Assembly: GCF_000142905.1 (NCBI RefSeq)
Contig: NW_013657640.1
Coordinates: forward strand, 247,208 to 311,207
Direction: 5' to 3'
Origin: Thecamonas trahens ATCC 50062
Lineage: Eukaryota > Protista > Apusomonadida
Length of the DNA: 64,000 bases
Shown here: one piece after another, positions 1 to 11,153 of the stretch
Layout: each line of letters begins with the position of its first letter
How positions within the stretch are numbered: the stretch's first letter is position 1
Translations under genes and position numbers: made by a program
The notes under the pieces: generated by a model
What the model saw: only the letters and a program-made list of their open reading frames with translations
Databases searched by the model: none
What the model was told of the DNA's origin: nothing

Positions 1-3000
1 TCGACAAGCGTAGCGCTGTGAAGCATGGCGGGGAGGAGTTCCGAGGCGAGGAACTGGCAGAACTCGCCGTCTGCAGAGAACATGGGCACCATGCGCTCAC
101 AGAGCAGGAAGCCGATAATCATCGAGGCCGGCAGCGGCCACTTGAGGAGGTTGAGGGCGGCGCTGGCAAACTCGGACGCGAGGTTCGAGGCCAGGAACTG
201 AGCCTCGAGTGGCGCGTCCACCTCGGTCGATCCGACGGTTGCTAGGCGGAACGAGAGGCCGCGGAGGAAGGAGGCAAAGGCAAGCGTTGCCTTGCGCAGC
301 TCGTTCTCCATCTGAATCTCGGCCTTGGCGTCCTCGGCCGACTCGCGGCCCGAGTCCGACGCAAGCGCCACCCACGCCGTGTCGAGCCGCGACTGCACAA
401 ACTCGATGAACGGCTTGATGACCGGGAAGAGAATGTCGGGCTTGAGCTCGTCGGGCGCCTTACGCCGCAGCGTGGCCATCACGTCCGAGATGAGGGTGCA
501 GAGGACGGCGACCGGGATGTTGTCAATGTTGGAAAAGACGGTCGAGAGCAGGGCCTCGCCCACGCCGGGCACCTCGAAGAACGACGACGACCGCATGAGG
601 CATGCCAACAGCGACAGCGCCTCCTGGTGGGTGTTGACGAGCCACCACTTCATGATGACCAGCTGCTCCTTGGGCGACTCGAGGAGCGAGAGCGAGCCCA
701 GCTTGGACTCGTTCGAGTCGTCAGCGTGCGCGTCCTCCAGGATCGTCAGCAGTTCGCCGTATGCCTCGGGCAGCTGGCCGGCGACGTTGGGCGTGTAGAA
801 CTCGTTGAGCGCCGAAATGACCGAGAAGAGCGGGCCGAGAATGACCTGGTGATACGGCGCGAGCGCCGAGACTTGCCAGTTGGTGGAGAGCATGGCCACT
901 GCCTTCATGACCGCAAGCAGAAAGTGGATCCGCTCACGGATGGTGAGCGCCGCCGAGGTGCCAAACGGCGCCACGCCGGAGCCGTACGCTTCGGAGAGCG
1001 AGCCGTCAAGCCCGAGCGCACTAGCTAGCGCAGCACCCGAGCCCATGACCTCGCCCAGCTCGTCCGACGACCACTCGGTGAGAATCGGGTCCAGAATCGA
1101 GTTGATGACCCGGGTCTGCAGCTCGCCGTCGGCAGACTTGGAGAGGATAAACAGGACCGCGCGATAGAGGCCGATGAGCTCGGCCCGCCGGAGCAGGCCG
1201 GCCTCGCGCATACGCGACGTCACCTCCCACAGCGAGCTGAGGTGGTGCAGGAGCGGCTTGCCCGCGTCGATGGCAAGCGCAACAAGCGCGTGAACCGCGC
1301 GGTCGCGGAGCTGGGTCGTCGTTCCGGACAGCTCGTCGAGCGAGACTGACTCCTCGGCCGGGAGCCGGAAGGTGAGGAACTGCAGGCAGTGCTCAAAGAC
1401 CGCCGAGACCGACGAAGTGTGGATCGAGAGATACGGCGCAAAGGCCTCGAGCAGGGCCAGGTGGCGGCCGGCTATGTGCGGCGACGTCGACGAAAAGGCA
1501 AGGACGCCAAGGAGCAAGCCTTCGAGGGTGTCGACCACGGAGTTACGGGCCTGGGCCTCGGACGCCGAATCGGCGTGATACGACCGGACCTGCGACTCGG
1601 ACATGACGGCGAGGAGGCGAGCCTCGGTCTCGGCGCCGCCGGTAGCGGCGACCAGCGGCCGGAGGTAGTGCTGCGAGATCGCGGAGAGGACCGAGCCAAG
1701 CATGAGGCCTGCGCCGTTGAGCGCAATCCACGCCGGGTGATCGTTAGAGCAGTTGGCGCCGTCGTTGTGGCCCGACTCGGGCAGGACGCCCTCAAAGACG
1801 TACTGGATAAACTGGGCAGTGTAGTCGATAGCGAGCGGGCCGTCGAGCCGGGTGATGGCACGCATCAACGCCTGCCCGCGCCGGCGGATCCGGCGCACCT
1901 CCTTCTTCACCTCGTCCTCCGAGTCAAAGTCGAGGGTGGCGATGGTGGCGTTTGGCGCCTCACCCAGCAGCGGGTTCGACAGCGTCAGCAGGTTGGTGGC
2001 TAGCTCGAGTAGGGCGGTGAGGAGCGAGCTCATGGCCTCGGGCTCGAGGAGCGGCTCGCGGAGGAATGAGATCCAGAGCGGCATGAGCGCGGCCTGGACC
2101 CTGAGCGACGGGTGGGTGAGCGCCACCTCGACACAGTTCTGGATGTAGAGGCCAAACGACGAAGGCATGGCATTGAGCTCGGCCTTGGTCGACGAGCCGA
2201 GGCGCCGCGCGGCCCGGAGCGCAAACAGGCCGAGCGAGACAAGGACGTCGACAAACTGGACCTGGAAGTCGTGCTCGGCCGAGATGGTTGCCTCGGAGAT
2301 GGCCTCGTTCGACGCCACTAGCGCAGCAAACAGCTCGCGGAGGCCGTCAAAGAGGCGCAGGACGCCACCCTCACCGGTCACGTGGTTGCGCAGCAGCAGC
2401 GCCTGCAGCGCACGCAGCACGTCCGTCCGGAACGGCGACGAGAGGCCCGAGACAAGGAAGGCTACCACCTGCTCGCCGATCTCGCTGCTCAGAGGCTCAA
2501 CCGAGTAGTACTGGAACATGACCCGGAAGAGGTCCAGGGCAGCGACGACACAGGCGGCTGCAGCTTGGTCGCCAGCGCTGGCGCCGCCGAGCTGGGCCTC
2601 GAGCACCGAGACAGCAAACTGGTACAGATCCGGAACCTGGAGGCCGAACGAGTTGTTCAACTGCTTAGCCCGCGAGGTAGTGATCCGATCAAGGTTGGCA
2701 TTGAGGCCCGAGAGCAGACCGATGGTCTCGCCAAGGGCACCAAAGGCTAGGACGGCCCGCTCCATGGCCTCGGCCTCGCCCGACTCGGTAGCGAGCGAGT
2801 AGATGAACTGGGTCAGACCCTCCCAGTTGTGCGGCCACTCGTACACCGCAATGTCCGCCGCAACACTCACCGCCTTGCGCTTCAGTGCAGGCGTCGTCGC
2901 TTCCAGAAGCTCGCCTGTGTTGGGGAGGGAGGGGGGGTGAGGGGGGGGGGGGGGGACGGGACAGGAAAAGGTCGCACATCCAGGGGTTTGATCAAACGGG

Positions 3001-3349
3001 TTGATCACGGCGGCAGACACACAGTGGCGGACACACAGTGGCGGGGAGGAAGGGGGGGAAGGCAGGGAGAGAGCATACCGGAGATGAGGGCAATGGACAT
3101 GTCCTTGAGCTGTGACTGCTGTTGCTGGTCGATGGAAGCCCATGAGTAGGAGATTGTGGCGTTGAGGAGGGTGAGGCCAAAGAGACGGACGGGCTCGGCC
3201 GTATGGCTCAGCAGCAGAGGTGCCATACCCGCGGCACCAGGTGTGTCCTGGAAGCTGACAATGAACGCGTTAGCGCGCTCACGGGCCTCACGAGGAGTCT
3301 CGGGCGCAGACGCCGCAAGCACGGCCTCCACAACGCTGTCGGCGTCCAT
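1..3349 (-). CDS. Importin-beta family exportin (exportin-5/Msn5-like); exons 3349-3079 and 2914-<1, 3' end outside the window
   Basis: Exon 1 is IBN_N-like (REARERANAF...VRLFGLTLL...W). A GTATGC donor at 3078 and CACAG acceptor at 2915 join in frame to an Xpo1-domain motif (LKRKAVSVAADIAVYEWPHNW). The frame is helical-repeat-like where spot-checked and appears open to the window edge. Confidence 0.8.
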
Positions 3350-3622
3350 TCGTCTGCGGTGGTAGAGAGCAGTGTCAGAGGTTGACTTGAAAGAGGGGGG
3401 GGGGGGGGCGCTGTGGAGGAAGCGGTGGTGGCTTCGATGCGAGTGGCGGCCGCTGCTGGCCGGCGAGGGAGGAAGGGATGACGATGGTCAGATCGGGATC
3501 GGTTTGATGGCGGGGGGGGGGGGGGGGGTTGAGATGTGGGGGATTGGCGTGCGGGCGATCGGAGGGATCGGGACGGGCGAGCGAGCGTGGGCAGGGTGGG
3601 AGGGGTGGACGGGGTGGATGGG

Positions 3623-4171
3623 TTAGATCAGGTGGTGGGTGTGGAGATCGCCAAGATCAAGGTCAACAATGACGTCCTTGCCGGCCGACTGGGAAGCAAG
3701 TTGGGAGAACTCTTGGCGGAGGAGGTTGGCCAACTCGTGGCCGGTCCGCCAGTGGCGCCAGAGAGCGGCGTCGACGTCGTAGTTGAACCGCATGGGCCCA
3801 GAGATGGGTGAGGAGAGCCAGATCTGTTGGTTGGGCGTCTGCTTGTTAAGGACAAAGACGGCATCACCGTCTTCAAAGGCCACGTTCAGCACGCCTTGCG
3901 AGAGCGCTGAGTCGACATCAGCCAGCCCGAGCTCATCGCACACAGTCTCGATGGCTTCTTGAACCATCTCCAGTGTCTCGTCGGCCACTGCGTGGTACGT
4001 GTTCATGTCCATGTACTCTTCTCCCTCGCCAGGCGGCGTGGCCGCCATGCTCCTGGCGACCAGTGCGTTGCGCGTCAGCCAGCTTGTCCGCGCTGCCCCT
4101 CCTGCGTCCACACCCAGCCATCCAGTCACACACCGCCTTGTTGCCGAGCTCAGCACATGCAGCCGCAGCAT
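3623..4171 (-). CDS. FXN: Frataxin (CyaY family), mitochondrial precursor
   Basis: YHAVADETLE, GVLNV and the signature FVLNKQTPNQQIWLSSPISGP; Arg-rich presequence-like N-terminus. Confidence 0.95.
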   Translation of the reverse strand: MLRLHVLSSATRRCVTGWLGVDAGGAARTSWLTRNALVARSMAATPPGEGEEYMDMNTYHAVADETLEMVQEAIETVCDELGLADVDSALSQGVLNVAFEDGDAVFVLNKQTPNQQIWLSSPISGPMRFNYDVDAALWRHWRTGHELANLLRQEFSQLASQSAGKDVIVDLDLGDLHTHHLI

Positions 4172-4305
4172 CCTGTCACTCGGTCACTTGGAGAGGAGTC
4201 TGTGCCATACTGCCTCTGCCTCTGCTCCTCCTTGTTGGTGGACTTGTCCATGGTCACCAGCTGCCGCCGGGAGACTGTGGGTTGGGCGAGAAGCTTGCTC
4301 GGACG

Positions 4306-4424
4306 GGATGATGACATGGGCAGGATGATAACATGGGCAGGATGGTTGCTCGGGGAGGATGGTTGCTCGGGGAGGATGGTTGCTTGGGGAGGATGGTTGC
4401 TCGGGGAGGATGATGACATGGGCG
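4306..4424. repeat. 17-bp minisatellite, 7 units of two types (GGATGATGACATGGGCA-type x3, GGATGGTTGCTCGGGGA x4)
   Basis: Read directly; lies in the divergent intergenic region between frataxin and ECI1. Confidence 0.85.
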
Positions 4425-4626
4425 AGGAGATTGCACGGGCCGAGCTATCCTCGCGGGTGAGACCACTGCATCCGTGTGATCGATGGTAGCGGGTAGCGGG
4501 CAGCGGGCAGCAGTGGTGGCCACTCGCGTCCGCTTTGGTGGGCTTCAGCGGAACAGTTTGTGGGCCGACGGTGCAGTGAGAGGCATACCTCACTCTCACG
4601 CTCTATCTGGCGACTAAAGACCAAGT

Positions 4627-5493
4627 ATGCTGACGGGACGAGTTGCGGGACAGGCTATTCTGGGCCGTTATGGGGCTGCTGCAGTTGCGGGAGCTACGGG
4701 ACGGACGCTGGTGACGACGGTGGTGGAGGGCGGGCAGGCTCGGGTGGCCTTGGACGGACCGCCGGCCAATGCGCTGTCGCTGGAGATGCTGAACGCGATC
4801 AACGAGGCTATGAAGAGCGCGATGGCGGACGATGAGGTCAAGGGCATCGTGCTCACCGCAGCCAAGCCGGGAATCTTCTGCGCAGGCCTGGACATCACTG
4901 CCATGTACGGCGCCGATCAGGAGTCGGCTACCGTGTTCTGGCGGGCGGTGCAGGACGCGTGGCTCAACATGTACACCTGCCCCAAGCCCGTTGTCTCTGC
5001 CATCAACGGTCACGCACCAGCTGGCGGCTGCCTCCTTGCCATCTGCACCGACCATCGGGTCATGGGCAACGACGGTGGCTTTGCCATCGGCCTCAACGAG
5101 ACCCAGCTTGGCATCGTCGCCCCGCCGTGGTTTGCCCGGCCCTACGCCGACCTCATGGGCCAGCGCAATGCCGAGCGCCACCTCTGCCTCGGCTCGATGC
5201 TCTCCGCCGACGACGCCCTTGCCATCGGCCTCGTCGACGACCTTGTCCCGACCGCCGACGTTGTCGAGACCGCCCACGCCACCCTGGCTCAGTACATTGC
5301 TATCCCGGCGCAGGCTCGCGCGATGACCAAGGCCATGATGCGCGAGGCCACCGTCCGCGCCACCCTCGGCACCCAGGAGGGCCGCGAGGCCGATCTCGGC
5401 CGCTTCCTTGCCCTTGTCCTCTCGGATCCGGTCCAGGCCTCGCTAGGCAAGTACCTCAAGGCCCTCTCCAAGCGCAAGTCCAAGTCCAAGTGA
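4627..5493 (+). CDS. ECI1: Enoyl-CoA delta isomerase 1-like (crotonase fold), mitochondrial
   Basis: PPANALSLEM, IFCAGLDITAMY, AINGHAPAGGCLLA, IGLNETQLGIVAP. Confidence 0.9.
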   Translation: MLTGRVAGQAILGRYGAAAVAGATGRTLVTTVVEGGQARVALDGPPANALSLEMLNAINEAMKSAMADDEVKGIVLTAAKPGIFCAGLDITAMYGADQESATVFWRAVQDAWLNMYTCPKPVVSAINGHAPAGGCLLAICTDHRVMGNDGGFAIGLNETQLGIVAPPWFARPYADLMGQRNAERHLCLGSMLSADDALAIGLVDDLVPTADVVETAHATLAQYIAIPAQARAMTKAMMREATVRATLGTQEGREADLGRFLALVLSDPVQASLGKYLKALSKRKSKSK

Positions 5494-6249
5494 TGGTTGT
5501 GGGTAAACACACGTGTGTGTGGGGGGGGGGGGGGGCTCTGGGTCTTTAACGCGCCTCACATTCAGACGCGCTGATCACAAAATGACAGTGTGCTTTAGTT
5601 GCAGTCGTGTTGAGTATATCCACGCGAGAAAGCCAGCCAGGTTGTGAAGGATATGTCGGAGCAAGGGGGATGTGCATGCTGCTTATTTGTGTATGTGTGT
5701 GTGTGTGCGTGTGTGTGCGTGTACCAGAGTGCGTAGAGGAAGAATGGAGTGCAGATGCTTGTGCGTGGGCAAGACTGGGGAAAAAAGTTGCCGACTATCT
5801 GCGAGGTGTCTGCCTCGAGATCTCGTTCTACGTGTAGCAGCCGCATCGTTTACCTCTCCCCTACTTCTTTGTACAGTGCTTTGTAGTGCAAGACATACGG
5901 TCTGGTGGCTTTCGCACTAGAATCGCCGCTATCAACGATCCACGGCCATCAGCCTCTCTGCATCCCAAAAAATCTCTTGCCAGCTCTCTCCCCTTCCCCT
6001 CACCCACGACCACCACTTGCACCCACTCCACCCAAGCCCACCATCACGTCTTCCTTTGATTCCATCCTCCCTTCCTCCTCCTCCCTCCCGATCTCATGCC
6101 ACTGCTACTCTAGCCTCACTCCAGTGGGCACCCAGTGTGCAGCTCCCACGACCTTTTCCAGCCGCTGCTGTCGACCGACTCCCGCCCAATTCGGCCGCCA
6201 GCAGCTAGCCGAGCCGGAAGCTTCGCGCAACAGCACTCGTCGCCGAACC

Positions 6250-9200
6250 ATGTCGCACAGCCAGGGGCGGAAGCAAGCGAACCGAGGTGGGCGACGTGGA
6301 GGCGGACGAAGCAATGGACGAAAAAAGGGTATGGGTGGAAGCTCGGGCTCAGGGACCTGCTATGGTCTCTGTGTCGGCAACGTGTCTGCCTCGGTCGCGG
6401 TGTCGGTGGCAGCGGCGGTGCGTGGCCCTGGGGCTGCGGCAGCCGGCTCCGTCTGTCCACCGTCCCCGGCACGAGCCAATGGCAAGGCAATGCCAGGCGG
6501 AAGCAGTCGGAGTGGTGGTGGAGGCGGCGGAGGGATAGTACTGGCTGGGTGCTGTGCTGACGCTGCACCGATGGTGCTGGAGAAGCTGGCCGAGGCCATG
6601 ACTGGCGAGGAGGGTGGTCAGGCGATGGCGGGCATTGTCCAGGGCATGGCCGGTCTCCTGGGACTGGCTCGGGGAAAGGCCTGGTCTTTGAGCTGTGCTC
6701 GGGTGGTGGCAGCGGTGCTGACCAAGCTGCCGAGTGCTGCGTCAGCATCTGATGCTGTGGCTTTGCTGAGGATTGTGTCGGCGGCTGTGGCCGACCGCGC
6801 CCGCGATGTGGTTCCGCTCCTTCCGCAGTCTATACTTCCGACGGCACTGCCGTTTCTTCTCTCGCTTGGCAGTGCTGACGACGAAGACGTGGCGCGGTTT
6901 GCGCTGCGGGCGGTCGGCGACCTGCTGGCGAGGACGGCGGCGGTGGTGGAACCAGGCATTCGCGTCAGGGTCTGCGGCGGGCTGGCCGCCGTGATCAAGG
7001 CGCTGGAGACGCCGCGGGTACTGGCAGGGGCATATCGGGCGCTGGCGGTGGTGGCGGCCGAGACTCGCGAGGCCGCGAGCATGCCCGAGCTTTGCGAGGT
7101 CCTGATCGGCGTCACCCGCGACGGCGTCTTCCACGGCCCGCCGCGGGTCCGAATCAATGCACTTGGGCTGCTAGTTTCGCTGGGCAAGGCACTGCCAGTG
7201 CCGCTTGCGCAGCGATGGGACGTCTTTCTCCCAAGCGGAAGCGGCTCCAGCCTGCTGAGTTTGGCGGTGGAGGATGACGATGGGAGCGGGGTCCCGGGCA
7301 AGGCCATGGACGCGCTCCTGGCGTTGCTGGAGGGCTCGAAGAAGACGCTGGCGGCCGGAACTCGGTCGACGACCGGCTCGCGGTCCTACACCTCGTTTGC
7401 GCACACAATCGGCGACATTCTGTGGCACACGCATGCCGGCTTGCTGCGGCTCATCTCGCAGACACCGCAGCTGGCGGCACCGGTAGTCGACACTGGGCTC
7501 AAGGCGCTCTGCATCCTGCTCATCAACTGCAACTATACCCGGCTGGCGTCGGACGGCGGCATTGTAGTAGAGCTGGCGTCAGCAGCGCTGCAGCTCGCGC
7601 TGCGGCCTCAGACTCAGGCTGGCGTGGCGCCTTCGACACAGCAGCTCGCGCTCTCGTGCGTGGCAGCAAGCCTGCGGACGGCATCACCGCTTGACGACGT
7701 GGCGGTGTGGCTGACTCTGGGTGCGGCTGCCGAGGCGCCGCTGCACACGCTGGTGGCCGCCGCTGTGGCGGCACCAGAGCGCGATCCGGCGGCCAAGGTC
7801 TTTGACGTCCTCCGCTGGATGGCGCGCGGCTACCCGGTCGTGGCCTACGCGGCGTACTTGCCGCTGCTTGAGCCGATGGCCGGCGACAAGCTCCTGGAGG
7901 TACCGGTCGCGACCCGGACCGCGGTTGCCCACTTTGTGGCCGAGCTCGGCTCGGGCTGCGGGAGCATTTTGGCTGGGCGAAGCGGGACAACAGCGGGTGA
8001 GGTCTTTGCCACGCTAGAGCGGATGGTGCTCAGGGTAGGGATGGCCGATCCGGTCGACGCGGTGCGCGCACACAGCATTTCTGCGCTGGCGGGCATGCTT
8101 CCGGTTCTGGGTGCGAGCGAGGATGAGGCGCTGGCGCCGTTGGTGGAGGCTGCGGTGTTTGAGCTCGCGGCCGACCTTGTTGCGGGCTCCAAGGCTGTTG
8201 TGGCGCGGGGCGAGGCTGCGCGACTGGTGGGGCTTGCGGTCGACACCCCGTTTGCAGTGGCGAACGGCTTGCAGGTTCTCGGCGACGCGTTGGAGCGACT
8301 GGTGGCGGCGGTGGGGAGCAGCGGCGGGGTGCGTGAGCCACTGGCATCAGCGCTGGTCAAGGCAGCGGCATCGGCAGGCTCTGTGGCTATGCGGAGCGAA
8401 GCCGGCGAGGGAGGGAGCGACGGGGCCGACCGGTGCGCCGACGCGTTGTTGGCGCTTCTGGGAGTGCGCGGAAAGCACACGGCGGCGACGGCGCGGTCGC
8501 TGGGCGCAGTGGTGTGCGCGCTGGTTCGAAGCGGGCAGCGTGACGTGTGTGCTCGAGCTGCGGGAGCGCTTGTGGATGTGGTCCGTGGTGAGCGGGCGGC
8601 GCCGGACAAGGCGGTGTGGTCTGCGTGTGACGGGCTTGCGCTTGCGCTTGGCGCATGGTGTGGCGAGGTTGGCGCCGGAAGCGACGGCAGTGAGTGGGTG
8701 GGCGCTGCGCTGCGGGCACTGGCAACTGCAGGCGGCGAGGCTGCCAACTTTCGGACTCGAGTGGCGGCGCTGGGAGCACTGAGTGCGCCCCGGAGCCGGT
8801 CGTGGTACGGGACGGCAGAGGAGCTTGCGGGAGTGGTGGTGCAGATTGGCGGAGCGCTGCCGGGCGTGCTGACGGTGACCGACGAGCGGCAGTACAGGTA
8901 CCGCGATGAGGTGGAGGGCGGGGCGGAGGCTGCGGTGGTGTATGTTCTTGCTGGAGCTGAGGCAAGTGATCTGGCTGCGGTGGCGAGCGCGGTGGCGGAG
9001 CGGCCGCAGCTTCGGACTGCGCTCGATGCGCTCTTTACGGAGCTCCCTGTCCAGCCGCGGGTCTCGCCGCTCCGTGGTGGCGGCGAGTACGGGTCTTTCT
9101 CTGCCTCGTCTGCGGATCCCGAGGAAGAGTACGTGGCGACATCGCCAGGCTCTGTGGCGTCATCGTCTGCGTTTGCGCCTGTTCTCGGAGCGCGTGCGCT

Positions 9201-9255
9201 CTCGCTATACGCGGCAGCGCTCGAGACCTGGCACCGTATGTGGGGCTCAGGATGA
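6250..9255 (+). CDS. HEATR6: HEAT repeat protein, HEATR6/DUF4042-like
   Basis: SYTSFAHTIGDIL..LKALCILLINCNYTRL, KAVWSAC and ANFRTRVAALGALSAPRSRSWYG resemble remembered HEATR6 blocks; start taken at ATG 6250. Confidence 0.75.
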   Translation: MSHSQGRKQANRGGRRGGGRSNGRKKGMGGSSGSGTCYGLCVGNVSASVAVSVAAAVRGPGAAAAGSVCPPSPARANGKAMPGGSSRSGGGGGGGIVLAGCCADAAPMVLEKLAEAMTGEEGGQAMAGIVQGMAGLLGLARGKAWSLSCARVVAAVLTKLPSAASASDAVALLRIVSAAVADRARDVVPLLPQSILPTALPFLLSLGSADDEDVARFALRAVGDLLARTAAVVEPGIRVRVCGGLAAVIKALETPRVLAGAYRALAVVAAETREAASMPELCEVLIGVTRDGVFHGPPRVRINALGLLVSLGKALPVPLAQRWDVFLPSGSGSSLLSLAVEDDDGSGVPGKAMDALLALLEGSKKTLAAGTRSTTGSRSYTSFAHTIGDILWHTHAGLLRLISQTPQLAAPVVDTGLKALCILLINCNYTRLASDGGIVVELASAALQLALRPQTQAGVAPSTQQLALSCVAASLRTASPLDDVAVWLTLGAAAEAPLHTLVAAAVAAPERDPAAKVFDVLRWMARGYPVVAYAAYLPLLEPMAGDKLLEVPVATRTAVAHFVAELGSGCGSILAGRSGTTAGEVFATLERMVLRVGMADPVDAVRAHSISALAGMLPVLGASEDEALAPLVEAAVFELAADLVAGSKAVVARGEAARLVGLAVDTPFAVANGLQVLGDALERLVAAVGSSGGVREPLASALVKAAASAGSVAMRSEAGEGGSDGADRCADALLALLGVRGKHTAATARSLGAVVCALVRSGQRDVCARAAGALVDVVRGERAAPDKAVWSACDGLALALGAWCGEVGAGSDGSEWVGAALRALATAGGEAANFRTRVAALGALSAPRSRSWYGTAEELAGVVVQIGGALPGVLTVTDERQYRYRDEVEGGAEAAVVYVLAGAEASDLAAVASAVAERPQLRTALDALFTELPVQPRVSPLRGGGEYGSFSASSADPEEEYVATSPGSVASSSAFAPVLGARALSLYAAALETWHRMWGSG

Positions 9256-10182
9256 GGCAGCAGCAGCTGCGGCGGCGAGAGCATCGGCGAGGACAGCGAT
9301 GGACGAGGCGGTGTAGTCGGGCATGTGATCTGCGCCCGAGGCAACCGCCGCGTCATACTCGTCGGGCGAGACGACGCCGGTAAAGACCAGCAGAGTGCGG
9401 ATGCCACCGGTAGAGCCGAAGAGGATGTCGGTGTCGAGGCGGTCGCCAACCATGAGCACCGAGGAGCGGTCGACGGGCTCGGAGGAGGATGCGGCGAGGC
9501 GATCGAGGACACCATGGAGGAGGAAGGGCGCCGGCTTGCCGACGATGGTGGCCTTGCGCGAGGCACATGCCTCGACAGCAGCGACGGCCATGCCTGCACC
9601 CGGCAGAAAGTTGCCCTGGGTGGGGAACGAGGTGTCCGGGTTTGTGGCAATGAACAGGTTGTCCGGGCGGGCAAGGAGGTACTGCTGGGCGATGGCGGCC
9701 TTTGTGTACGAGAACCCAGTGTCTGCACCGACGACTACGGCAGATACCGAAGGATCCGGCTTGTAGACCTCGAGCTCGGCGAGAGTCATGGGCGGCTGGT
9801 CGGGCCCGCCGATGGCTGGGATGCCAGCCTCTTCCAGCTCCTCGAGAATGCCGACCTCGCCAACGACGTAGACAGCACCATCAAAGTCGATGGACTGCAG
9901 ATATGCGGCGGCAGCATACGAGGCCGAGAGGATCTGGTCCTTGCGCACGTGCGGCATGCCCTTGGCAGCAAACTTGTCCATGTACATGGCCCGCGATCGG
10001 GTCGAGTTGTTGGTGACAAAGTAGACGGCGACGCCTGCGGCCTCGAGGGCGGCGACGGTGGCAAGGGCGCCCGGAATGACCTTGGTTCCGCGCCAGATGA
10101 CTCCGTCACAGTCGAAGACCACGGCCTTGATTCCGGTTAGCAGCTCAGCCGTGGCTGTGGGGGAGTCGTCGAGGTGGGTCAT
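9247..10182 (-). CDS. PGP: HAD-IIA phosphoglycolate/4-nitrophenyl phosphatase (PGP/Pho13 family)
   Basis: FDCDGVIW motif I, FVTNNST, IATNPD, GKP, MVGDRLDTDILFG. Confidence 0.93.
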   Translation of the reverse strand: MTHLDDSPTATAELLTGIKAVVFDCDGVIWRGTKVIPGALATVAALEAAGVAVYFVTNNSTRSRAMYMDKFAAKGMPHVRKDQILSASYAAAAYLQSIDFDGAVYVVGEVGILEELEEAGIPAIGGPDQPPMTLAELEVYKPDPSVSAVVVGADTGFSYTKAAIAQQYLLARPDNLFIATNPDTSFPTQGNFLPGAGMAVAAVEACASRKATIVGKPAPFLLHGVLDRLAASSSEPVDRSSVLMVGDRLDTDILFGSTGGIRTLLVFTGVVSPDEYDAAVASGADHMPDYTASSIAVLADALAAAAAAASS

Positions 10183-10211
10183 AGGGGAGGTTGGTGTGTG
10201 TGGGGGGAGAG

Positions 10212-11008
10212 GGGTGTAATTGATGGGTTTGTTGATGAGTTTATCGTGTGTGGGTGTAATTGATGGGTTTGTTGATGAGTTTATCGTGTGTGGGTGTAAT
10301 TGATGGGTTTGTTGATGAGTTTATCGTGTGTGGGTGTAATTGATGGGTTTGTTGATGAGTTTATCGTGTGTGGGTGTAATTGATGGGTTTGTTGATGAGT
10401 TTATCGTGTGTGGGTGTAATTGATGGGTTTGTTGATGAGTTTATCGTGTGTGGGTGTAATTGATGGGTTTGTTGATGAGTTTATCGTGTGTGGGTGTAAT
10501 TGATGGGTTTGTTGATGAGTTTATCGTGTGTGGGTGTAATTGATGGGTTTGTTGATGAGTTTATCGTGTGTGGGTGTAATTGATGGGTTTGTTGATGAGT
10601 TTATCGTGTGTGGGTGTAATTGATGGGTTTGTTGATGAGTTTATCGTGTGTGGGTGTAATTGATGGGTTTGTTGATGAGTTTATCGTGTGTGGGTGTAAT
10701 TGATGCGTTTGTTGATGAGTTTATCGTGTGTGGGTGTAATTGATGGGTTTGTTGATGAGTTTTCTCCGCCCTTCGCCTTATAGCTAGTTTTTGTTGATGA
10801 GTTTATCGTGTGTGGGTGTAATTGATGGGTTTGTTGATGAGTTTATCGTGTGTGGGTGTAATTGATGGGTTTGTTGATGAGTTTATCGTGTGTGGGTGTA
10901 ATTGATGGGTTTGTTGATGAGTTTATCGTGTGTGGGTGTAATTGATGGGTTTGTTGATGAGTTTATCGTGTGTGGATGTAATTGATGGGTTTGTTGAGAC
11001 AGTTATCG
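10212..11008. repeat. 40-bp tandem minisatellite (TGATGGGTTTGTTGATGAGTTTATCGTGTGTGGGTGTAAT), about 19-20 copies with one interruption
   Basis: Exact 40-nt period, nearly identical copies, with a unique 27-nt segment at 10763-10789. Confidence 0.97.
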
Positions 11009-11153
11009 TTCGCGGTGGTTCCGTCCGCCCGAATGGCGCCTTGTCATGCCGCTGCCCACCCACACCCGCACCGTCCCCCCTCCCCCCCCCCCCCCCCAAC
11101 GACCCCACACCGCACGCGAGCATACCACAGTGCGAGCCGGGATACAGCAGAGA

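Noticed and set aside
10212-11008. CRISPR array or telomere (the unit contains yeast-telomere-like GTGTGTGGGTGT)
   Set aside because: Units are contiguous with no series of unique spacers, there are no cas genes and the context is eukaryotic. The array is internal, between ordinary genes.
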